DNA from: an uncultured Chloroflexia bacterium
GTDB lineage: Bacteria; Chloroflexota; Limnocylindria; Limnocylindrales; CSP1-4
Assembly: GCA_963744095.1 (NCBI GenBank)
Contig: CAVUSH010000006.1
Location: forward strand, 389,670 to 453,669
DNA length: 64,000 nucleotides
Direction: 5' to 3'
Shown here piece by piece: positions 54,970 through 62,212 of the stretch. Below the pieces are notes generated by a model. It was not told the DNA's origin and did no database searches. It saw only the letters and a list, made by a program, of their open reading frames with translations. A program made the translations under genes and the position numbers. How positions within the stretch are numbered: position 1 is the stretch's first letter; each line of letters opens with the position of its first letter.

Positions 54970-56234
54970 TCAGGCGAGCCCGCGGCCCTTCTCGAGGACG
55001 ACCTGGAGGTCCTGGGTCACGCCCGTCGCGAAGCTCGCCTCGCTGATCGCCAGGTAGTAGTCCCACATCCGGATGAACTCCTCGTCGAAGCCCATCGCCC
55101 GGACCGTGTCGAGCCGTTCGAGGAAGCGCGCCCGCCAGGCCCGGAGCGTCCGGACGTAGTGCGGGGCGATGTCCTCGACGTCCCGGATGAGCAGGCGCGT
55201 TCGATGGGTCGACCGTTCAATGACCGCCAGGGACGGCAGGAGGCCGCCCGGGAAGATGTAGGTCTGGATCCAGTTGGCGCGACGGCGCTGCGGCTCGTAG
55301 GCGACGTCCGGGAAAGTGATCGTCTGGAGGCTCATCCGGCCACCCGGACGGAGCGCCCGGTCGCACGCTTCGAAGAAGGCGGAGTAGAACTCCGCCCCCA
55401 CGGCCTCCAGCATCTCGATCGAGACGATCGCGTCGTACGTGCCCCGGATGTCGCGGTAGTCGCGCAGCTCGACGCTGACGCGCTCTGCGAGGCCCGCGTC
55501 ACGGACCCGCTCGGTCGCCAGCGCATGCTGGGCCTGCGAGATCGTGATCGTGGTCACGCGGCAGCCCAGCTCGCCGGCGGCGTAGAGGGCGAAGCCGCCC
55601 CAGCCGGTGCCGATCTCCAGGACGTGCTCGCCGCCGCGCAGGCCCGCCCGTTCGGCGATGACCGCGTACTTGGTGCGCTGGGCATCGGCCAGCGACTGCC
55701 CGGGCGTGGCGAAGACGGCGCTCGAATACGTCATCGACTCGTCCAGGAAGAGCCGGTAGAAGTCGTTGCCCAGGTCGTAGTGGGCGGCGATGTTGCGCCG
55801 GCTCTGCCCGACCGTGTTCCGGCGAGCGCGGTGGGCCATCGTCCGCTGGATCCGCACGGGGAGGCGCCACCACCCGCCCGAAAGGGCGAGCGCGTCGCGG
55901 TTGAGCGCCGCCACCCGGAACAGGGCCGGCAGGTCGGGGCTCGACCAGAGGCCGTCCATGTAGGCCTCGCCCGCACCGATGTCGCCGGCCAGCAGGAGGC
56001 GGGCCACGGCCGTCGTGTCGTGGATGTGCATCTGCGCCGCCTGGTCGGAGGCGCGTCGCCGAAGACCCGGCGCGAGCCGTCGGGCAGGACGATCGTCAGG
56101 CGTCCGACGTGGATCCGCCGCGCGGCGCTGAGCATGACCCGCCGGGCGACGCGCTCGACGAAGCGATCGACCAGGCGATCGGCGCGCGAGCCCCGGCGCG
56201 CTCCGGACCGCCTCGCCGCGGCGCCTTCGCTCAT
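54970..56234 (-). CDS. cyclopropane-fatty-acyl-phospholipid synthase (Cfa)-family SAM-dependent methyltransferase, frame broken at ~56050 (behaves as a 1-nt deletion)
   Basis: MSEGAAARR...RIHVGRLTIVLPDGSRRVFGDA is followed, after the shift, by SDQAAQMHIHDTTAVARLLLAGDIGAGEAYMDGLW...HYDLGNDFYRLFLD...VLEIGTGWGGFALYAA... Confidence 0.85.
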
Positions 56235-56971
56235 CGCGCCATCTGGCTGCGCCGGAAGAGCTCCGTGCCCCGCGTCCAGAGGCGCAGGGCGTGCCACAGG
56301 ATCAAGCCCATCGTCCGGTGGGAGAGCAGCGGGTGGCGCAGCAGCATCCGGGCCAGCGTCCGATCGGTCAGCCGCTTTCGGCGCAGGACCAGGCTCGCGC
56401 TGAGCACCTGCTCCTGGCCCTGCCGCTCGTCGATGGCGATGCGCACGCCATCGTGATCGTCGCGGACGTGCACCGTGTACCGGCCCTCCATCCCGATGAA
56501 CGGTGACACGAAGAACGCCTTCTCCATCGAGCCCACGAAGCGATCCCCCTCCCTCTCGGGGTGGAGCGTGTACAGGTGCCGCTCGCCGAAGGTGTTGTGG
56601 ACCTCCACGATCACGACCCGGAGGATGCCACGCGCGTCGCGGCAGAGGAAGAAGCTCGCCGGGTTGAAGACGTACCCGAGGACCCGCAGGCTCGTGATCA
56701 GCGTCACGCGCCAACCCTCGGGATCCAGGCCCTCCGAACGAAGGTGCGCCCGGACGTCGACGTCGATGTCGCGGGACGGGACCACCAGGTGGTCCTCGTC
56801 CCGGAACGTCACGACGTTCGCCCGGTTGCGGCTCACCAGGCGCAGCCGGCCGATGACGTCGTCGAGCTCGGCGAGGTCCAGGGCGAAGTAGAAGACGTCA
56901 TGCTCGAGCTCGTAGACTCGAGGGCGCGCCCGGCGATGGCGGACCTTGCCCTCGAGGAGATGCGACCTCAT
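56231..56971 (-). CDS. DUF1365 domain-containing protein
   Basis: [33 protein letters not shown]...[13 protein letters not shown]...[15 protein letters not shown] overlaps sit at both ends. Confidence 0.85.
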   Translation of the reverse strand: MRSHLLEGKVRHRRARPRVYELEHDVFYFALDLAELDDVIGRLRLVSRNRANVVTFRDEDHLVVPSRDIDVDVRAHLRSEGLDPEGWRVTLITSLRVLGYVFNPASFFLCRDARGILRVVIVEVHNTFGERHLYTLHPEREGDRFVGSMEKAFFVSPFIGMEGRYTVHVRDDHDGVRIAIDERQGQEQVLSASLVLRRKRLTDRTLARMLLRHPLLSHRTMGLILWHALRLWTRGTELFRRSQMAR

Positions 56972-58297
56972 GCAGCGCGCTCCGCGTCGCCCGCGTCGGC
57001 GTCGGCGTAGGCCGTGTCACCGTCGGCTTCGGCGTCCGCCCGCCCGGCCGCCATCAGCATCTCGGCGACCTCGAAGCCCGAGCGGCAGCCGTCCTCGTGG
57101 AAACCGTACCCGAGGTGTGCGCCGGCGTACCAGGTCCGCAGGTGGCCCTGCAGGTCGCGGATCCCCACCTGGGCGTCGAGCGTCCTGAACGTGTACATCG
57201 GGTGGCTGAAGGCGCGCTCGACGATCACGTGCTCCGGGCTGATCGCCTCGCCGGGGTTGAGCGAGACGCAGTACTGGACTGGGCCGGGGAGCGACTGCAG
57301 GCGGTTCATGTGGTACGTCATCGTGAGGGCGTCGCCGGGGAGCCGGCAGTCCGCGGTACGCACGTTCCACGAGGCCCGGGCGTGCGGGCTGGCCGGCAGG
57401 ATGCTCTCGTCCGTGTGCAGGACGACATGGTTCATCGAGTACTCGAAGCCGCCCAGCACGTCGCGCTCGCCCGCGTCCGCGTCGGCCAGGAGGCGGAGGG
57501 TGTCGTCGGCATGGGTCGCCATGACGACGGCGTCGAATCGCTCCGAGCGGCCGCCGGCTGTCCGGACGGTGACCCCGCGGGAATCGCGGAGGACACCGGC
57601 CACCGGATCGCCGGTCCGCACCGAGCCCGCGGGCAGGGCCTCGACGATCCGGGCCACGTATTCCCGCGACCCGCCGCGGATCACGCGCCACTGCGGCGCG
57701 TTGCCGTAGCCGATCAGCCCATGGTTGTCGAGGAAGTGGAGGAGGTAGTCGACGGGGAACTCCAGGGCCCGATCCGCCCCGGTCGACCAGACGGCCGAGG
57801 TGATCGGGACCAGGAAGTGCTCCCGGACGCCGCGCCCGTAGCGGTGCTCGTCCATCCAGCCGCCGAGGGTCGCCCGGGTGCGCTCCGGCGCGTCCAGCGT
57901 CTGTCGGGCGTCGCGGTAGAAGCCGGGCGATGTCGGCGAGCATCCGCAGGTGGGTCGGCCGGCCGAGCAGCGAGGCATTCGGGAAGATGCCGCGGGCGCC
58001 GCGCGAGCTGAAGCTGATCCGGCAGGCGTCGCAGGCCGAGCCGAGCGACATGTCGCTCGGTTGCGTGGCGACCCCGAGCTCGGCAAGGAGCCCGACGAAG
58101 CGCGGGTAGGTGCGCTCGTTGTAGACGATGAACCCGGTGTCGACCGGTACCGGTCCGGCGTCCGTCTCCACGGTCACGGTCTTCACGTGGCCGCCGGCGA
58201 CGGGATCCTGCTCGAAGAGGGTGACCCGGTGGTCCCGGCGCAGCGCGTAGGCGGCGGTGAGCCCGCTGACGCCCGCTCCGACGATCGCGATCTTCAT
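56968..58297 (-). CDS. NAD(P)/FAD-dependent oxidoreductase (amine-oxidase/desaturase-like), frame broken at ~57922
   Basis: [41 protein letters not shown]...[11 protein letters not shown] is followed, after a +1 shift, by [29 protein letters not shown]...[13 protein letters not shown]...[13 protein letters not shown]. Confidence 0.85.
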
Positions 58298-58755
58298 CGG
58301 TCCGTCCCTCGGCGCGTCGCGGCGCGCTCGTCGAGCGCGCGCTGCATGCCGTCGCGCGCCTGGCGGGCGACTTTCGCGAAGGCGCCGCCGGCGAAGGGAG
58401 CCACCAACCGCTTCACGCCGCGGAGCCGGATGTCCGCCGTGTAGTCGATCCGGGTGCCCTCCGGCGTCGCCTCGAACCGGATGTCGTCGACGGCCGAGAG
58501 ACCGGAGCCCTCGCCGGCCAGCACGACGCGGCGCAGCGGCTCGAGGGCCGTGACGCGGTACTCCATGCTCGCGACGCCGCCGCCCATCCGCACGCCGAGG
58601 CGATAGCGCGCCCCGATGGCGACGGGCCCCGGGTCGAGCCGCTCAGAGGTGGCGACGCCGGGGTCCCAGTCCTTCGTGTTCGCGAAATCGGCGACGAAGG
58701 CGAACGCCTCGTCGAGGGGCAGGGGAGTCTCGATGCGCTCGTTCAGCGTGGTCAT
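58294..58755 (-). CDS. SRPBCC family protein (first gene of the lipid-modification operon)
   Basis: [34 protein letters not shown]... The stop overlaps the oxidoreductase start (ATGA). Confidence 0.8.
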   Translation of the reverse strand: MTTLNERIETPLPLDEAFAFVADFANTKDWDPGVATSERLDPGPVAIGARYRLGVRMGGGVASMEYRVTALEPLRRVVLAGEGSGLSAVDDIRFEATPEGTRIDYTADIRLRGVKRLVAPFAGGAFAKVARQARDGMQRALDERAATRRGTDR

Positions 58756-58791
58756 GTTGCATCCTGTACAGAGTTCGTATAAGGTATGCGA

Positions 58792-58834
58792 AGCCTACGG
58801 CCACGCAGGCGGTCGTGTCAAGTGTTCGTACAAT
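58792..58834. promoter_or_regulatory. back-to-back promoters of the SRPBCC operon (minus) and the heliorhodopsin operon (plus)
   Basis: Minus strand: TTGACA (58821-58816), an 18-nt spacer and TAGGCT (58797-58792). Plus strand: TACAAT at 58829-58834, 28 nt before the heliorhodopsin ATG. The region is locally AT-rich. Confidence 0.5.
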
Positions 58835-58862
58835 GTTGTGAAGAGCAGAGGGAGAGCGGGAG

Positions 58863-59750
58863 ATGACGCACGTCGAGGCCACTGGAGCCGACCCGGCGCA
58901 GCTGGGGGCAGCCGCCCGCTCAGCCACGCCCGCGAACCACGCCGCGCCGGCGGCGATCGATCTGGCGGCGATCGATCCCGCGCGTGCGCGCGGACTTCAC
59001 CGCTGGAACGTGGTGCTCGCGGGTCTCCACGCGGTGCAGGGCCTGGCGATCCTGGCAATCTCGTTCGCGAAGAGCCCGGTCGTCTCCGCGCCGGTGGTGA
59101 GCAGCTATCTCACCTTCGACACCGCGACGAGCACCCTCGTCCCCGCCCAGCGCGCGCTCTTCGACCTCCCGATCGGGCCCGCCGTCGCGCTCTTCTTCTT
59201 CCTCAGTGCGATCGCCCACTTCGCCGTCGCGTTCCCGGCGCGCCGCTGGTACGAACGCAGCCTCGCGCGCGGCCAGAACCCGGCCCGCTGGATCGAGTAC
59301 GCCCTCTCGTCGAGCGTGATGATCGTCGTCATCGCGACGCTGTCGGGGATCCAGGAGGTCGGGACGCTCGTCGCGATCTTCGGCATCAACGCGGCGATGA
59401 ACCTCTTCGGCTGGAGCATGGAGGCCGCGAACGAGGGCCGGACGCGCGTCCAGTGGCTCCACTACGTCTTCGGGTGCATCGCCGGTGCCGTCCCGTGGAT
59501 CGTCATCACGATCGCGCTCTGGACCGCCGCGACCGCGCCCGGCGCCGCGCCCATCCCCGGCTTCGTGATCGCGATCTTCGTCTCGCTCTTCATCAGCTTC
59601 AACGTCTTCGCGATCAACATGGTCCTGCAGTACCGGAAGACGGGTCGCTGGGCCGACTACCTCTACGGCGAGCGCGCGTACATGCTCTTCAGCCTCGTGG
59701 CAAAGACCCTCCTCGCCTGGCAGGTCTTCGCCGGTACCCTGCGGCCGTAG
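58863..59750 (+). CDS. heliorhodopsin
   Basis: 295-aa 7-TM ORF. NPARWIEYALSSSVMIVVIA, FGINAAMNLFGW, FGCIAGAVPW and GERAYMLFSLVAKTLLAWQVFAGTLRP closely parallel the remembered HeR 48C12 segments RWVEYSLSSSVMIVLIA, FGCIAGIVPW and GERAYIVLSLVAKSALAWQIFSGTLIP. Both the counter-ion Glu and the Schiff-base Lys are present. Confidence 0.9.
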   Translation: MTHVEATGADPAQLGAAARSATPANHAAPAAIDLAAIDPARARGLHRWNVVLAGLHAVQGLAILAISFAKSPVVSAPVVSSYLTFDTATSTLVPAQRALFDLPIGPAVALFFFLSAIAHFAVAFPARRWYERSLARGQNPARWIEYALSSSVMIVVIATLSGIQEVGTLVAIFGINAAMNLFGWSMEAANEGRTRVQWLHYVFGCIAGAVPWIVITIALWTAATAPGAAPIPGFVIAIFVSLFISFNVFAINMVLQYRKTGRWADYLYGERAYMLFSLVAKTLLAWQVFAGTLRP

Positions 59751-59751
59751 C

Positions 59752-60747
59752 GTGGATCTTCGACCGCTGATCGATGCCGGCCTCGAGATCTCGGTCGTCG
59801 GCAGCTTCACCCGGATCGGGCCCGCGGTCCGGCGGCGGCTCTTCGGCTGGTCGCCAGCGCCCGCTGGCGCGCTGGCCGGCCGGACCGTGCTCGTCACCGG
59901 GCCGACGTCCGGGCTCGGCCGGGCCGCGACCCACGTGCTCGCCGGCCTCGGGGCGCGGGTGGTCCTCGTGGGACGCAGCCAGGAGCGGCTGGCACGCCTC
60001 CGCGACGAGCTGATCCGGGTCCACGGCGAGGATCGCTTTCCCGTGGTCGTCGCCGACATGGGCTCGCTCGCCTCGGTGCGGGCCGCGGTCGCCCGTGTTC
60101 TCGCGACGGAGCCGCGCCTCGACGTCCTGGTCGACAACGCCGGGGCGATCTACCCGGAGCGGATCGAGGGGCCGGACGGGATCGAAGCGACCCTGGCCGT
60201 CCTCGTGGTCGGCCCCTTCGCGCTGGTCGCCGGGCTGCAGCCGCTCCTGGGCCGGACGGCCGGCTCGCGCGTGATCGCCGTGACGTCGGGTGGCATGTAC
60301 ACGCAGCGCCTCGACCTCGACGACCTGCAGTGCCGCGTTGGCGGCTTCTCCGGCGCCCGCGCCTACGCCCGGGCGAAGCGGGCCCAGGTCGCGCTCGTGC
60401 GGGAGTGGGCGCGCCGCCTCGCCGGCATGTGCGTTCCGGCGTCCGGCGTTGCGTTCACGGCGATGCACCCGGGGTGGGCTGACACACCGGGCCTCGCGGA
60501 GTCCCTGCCGGGCTTCCACCGGCTGATGCGCCCCCTCCTCCGCACGGCCGCGGAAGGCGCCGACACGATCGCCTGGCTCGCCACCCATCCCGACCCCGCG
60601 TCGACGAGCGGTCGGCTCTACCTGGATCGCCGGCCGCGCCCGTTCGACCGCGCCCCGGCGACGCGGCTCTCGGCGCACGATCGCCGGCGGCTCTGGGACG
60701 AGGTGGTGGAGCTGAGCGGGGAGCCGGATCCGACACCCGCCGGCTGA
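59752..60747 (+). CDS. SDR-family oxidoreductase (RDH/DHRS12-like subgroup)
   Basis: The GTG start lies 1 nt after the heliorhodopsin stop. GRTVLVTGPTSGLGRA...LVDNAGAI...VTSGGMY...YARAKRAQVAL...MHPGWADTPGL. Confidence 0.85.
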   Translation: MDLRPLIDAGLEISVVGSFTRIGPAVRRRLFGWSPAPAGALAGRTVLVTGPTSGLGRAATHVLAGLGARVVLVGRSQERLARLRDELIRVHGEDRFPVVVADMGSLASVRAAVARVLATEPRLDVLVDNAGAIYPERIEGPDGIEATLAVLVVGPFALVAGLQPLLGRTAGSRVIAVTSGGMYTQRLDLDDLQCRVGGFSGARAYARAKRAQVALVREWARRLAGMCVPASGVAFTAMHPGWADTPGLAESLPGFHRLMRPLLRTAAEGADTIAWLATHPDPASTSGRLYLDRRPRPFDRAPATRLSAHDRRRLWDEVVELSGEPDPTPAG

Positions 60748-60825
60748 CGCGACGCTGGTCGTTCGCCACGCCTGGCGGTCGAGCGCGTTTCACCCGGCTC
60801 GATCAGCGCCCGTGAGGCCGCTGCC

Positions 60826-61030
60826 GGGGCGAGTGCCCCTGTCGCGGATCAGCCGCGCCGACTCACCGCCGCGGCGATGGCCGCCGCGGCCGGGGCGAGT
60901 GCCCCCGTCGCGGATCAGCCCGCGCCGACTCACCGCCGCGGCGATGGCCGCCGCGGCCGGGGCGAGTGCCCCCGTCGCGGATCAGCCCGCGCCGACTCAC
61001 CGCCGCGGCGATGGCCGCCGCGGCCGGGGC
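60826..61030. repeat. tandem repeat, 3 copies of a 66-67-bp unit, abutting the litR-like stop codon
   Basis: GGGGC unit starts fall at 60826, 60892, 60959 and 61026. The unit is GGGGCGAGTGCCCC(C)GTCGCGGATCAGCC(C)GCGCCGACTCACCGCCGCGGCGATGGCCGCCGCGGCC. Confidence 0.9.
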
Positions 61031-61978
61031 TCAGCGGCGCCGGCTCACGACCTCTGCGACAGCCGCCGCCGCGGCCACCACGTGGTCGGGCAGCACCAGA
61101 ATCCTGCCGCCCGGGGCAAGCTCCGGCCCGGCGGCGGCGCCCCCGACGGCGATGATCGGGACCGCCTGCGCCTGGAGCGCCGCGACCACGGCAGCCGCGG
61201 CCTCGCGGTCGGCCACAACGACCACCCCGATGACCGCGGCGCGCGCGCGCGACTTCCTGAAGACGTCGACCCAGCCCTCGACCGTCACGTCGGGCCCGAG
61301 GTAGAGCACGCCGACGCCGCGACGGCGGAGCGCGGCGGCGAAGGCCAGGGCTCCGAGCTCGTGGCGCGCACCGGGCGGCAGCCCGACGACGACGGACGGG
61401 CGGGTCGGGATCCCGGCGGCCTGGTAGATCGCGGCGAGGCGCCGACCGGCGGCGGCACTCGCGGCGTGCTCGGCCGCCACGCTGAGCGTGCCCGCCGCCC
61501 ACGCGTCGCCGAGGGCCGCGGCTGCGGGAAGGAGAATGTCGTCGACGACCGCCTCGAACGATCCCGCGGCGAGGATGGCATCGAGGGCCGCCTCGGTGTC
61601 GGCGGGCGACGCGGATTCCGCGGCGGAGACGAACCGGTCGATCAGCCGGGCCCGATGGACGGCCGCCCCGGACGCCCCGGCGGGTTCGGCAGGCTGCGGG
61701 CCCGCGAGCGCGCCCGCGCGTCGGTCCGGAGGCGGCGCGACCACCCGGTCCTCGACGGCCACCTCGCCCGCCGAGATCGCGCGCGCTGCTTCCGACGCCG
61801 TCCAGCCAGATTCGACGAGCGCCCGCATCGTGAGCAGGACCCCGATCGTCGCGTCGTCGTAGAGCCGGTATCCGGCGGCCGTGCGGGTCGGCTTGACCAC
61901 GCCGTAGCGCCGCTCCCAGGCCCGGATGAGGGGAGCGCCAACGCCTGAGCGTGTCGAGGCTTCCTTGATGGTGTACAT
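61031..61978 (-). CDS. MerR-family regulator with C-terminal cobalamin-binding domain (CarH/LitR-type light-responsive regulator)
   Basis: The N-terminal MerR HTH is MYTIKEASTRSGVGAPLIRAWERRYGVVKPTRTAAGYRLY. The helical-bundle motif W-x9-EH (DAWAAGTLSVAAEHA) is present. The Rossmann B12 motif RHELG (xHxxG) is followed by GVGVLYLGPDV. Confidence 0.8.
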   Translation of the reverse strand: MYTIKEASTRSGVGAPLIRAWERRYGVVKPTRTAAGYRLYDDATIGVLLTMRALVESGWTASEAARAISAGEVAVEDRVVAPPPDRRAGALAGPQPAEPAGASGAAVHRARLIDRFVSAAESASPADTEAALDAILAAGSFEAVVDDILLPAAAALGDAWAAGTLSVAAEHAASAAAGRRLAAIYQAAGIPTRPSVVVGLPPGARHELGALAFAAALRRRGVGVLYLGPDVTVEGWVDVFRKSRARAAVIGVVVVADREAAAAVVAALQAQAVPIIAVGGAAAGPELAPGGRILVLPDHVVAAAAAVAEVVSRRR

Positions 61979-62066
61979 GGTATGTCCAACCCTAGCACGA
62001 GATCAACCCTCCGCACAACGGGGAGGCTGGTCATCGCGTGACACCAGGGATGCGCCGCCGCCGAAT

Positions 62067-62212
62067 GCCCGGCACGTCACCATGCCGGCTGGCTGCCCGG
62101 CACGTCACCATGCCGGCCGGCTGGCTGCCCGGCACGTCACCATGCCGGCCTGGCTGCCCGGCACGTCACCATGCCGGCTGGCTGCCCGGCACGTCACCAT
62201 GCCGGCCGGCTG
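62067..62212. repeat. tandem repeat, 5 copies of a 28-32-bp unit between the XRE-like gene and litR
   Basis: The core GCCCGGCACGTCACCATGCCGG starts at 62067, 62095, 62127, 62156 and 62184. Copy 5 encodes the last codons and the TGA of the gene at 62194-62991. Confidence 0.9.

Noticed and set aside
56968-58297. The FAD oxidoreductases (here and at 1-1315) considered as CrtI-type phytoene desaturases supplying retinal precursors to the heliorhodopsin.
   Set aside because: Operon partners (DUF1365, a Cfa-like methylase) point to fatty-acid modification. No crtE, crtB, crtY or blh genes are present in the window. The gene at 1-1315 looks like an amino-acid or amine oxidase.
60877-61155. ORFs running through the 66-67-bp tandem repeats (for example 60877-61155 plus strand, 60812-61948 plus strand), considered as repeat-containing proteins.
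   Set aside because: The unit length is not a multiple of 3, so the frame rotates. The products are Arg/Pro-rich, and the region is better explained as non-coding duplication of the litR 3' end.
58765-61977. TGTACA hexamers at 58765-58770 and 61972-61977 (the latter overlapping the litR ATG), considered as CarH/LitR operators.
   Set aside because: Neither fits the remembered CarH direct-repeat consensus nAnnTnnACAn, because the A is one position off. I also noticed further TGTACA copies inside coding regions (about 56567, 57193 and 60296). The hexamer alone is therefore not significant.
62067-62212. The 28-32-bp repeat array considered as a CRISPR array.
   Set aside because: The repeats are directly contiguous, with only 6-10-nt variable linkers and no unique spacers. 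No cas genes are in the window.
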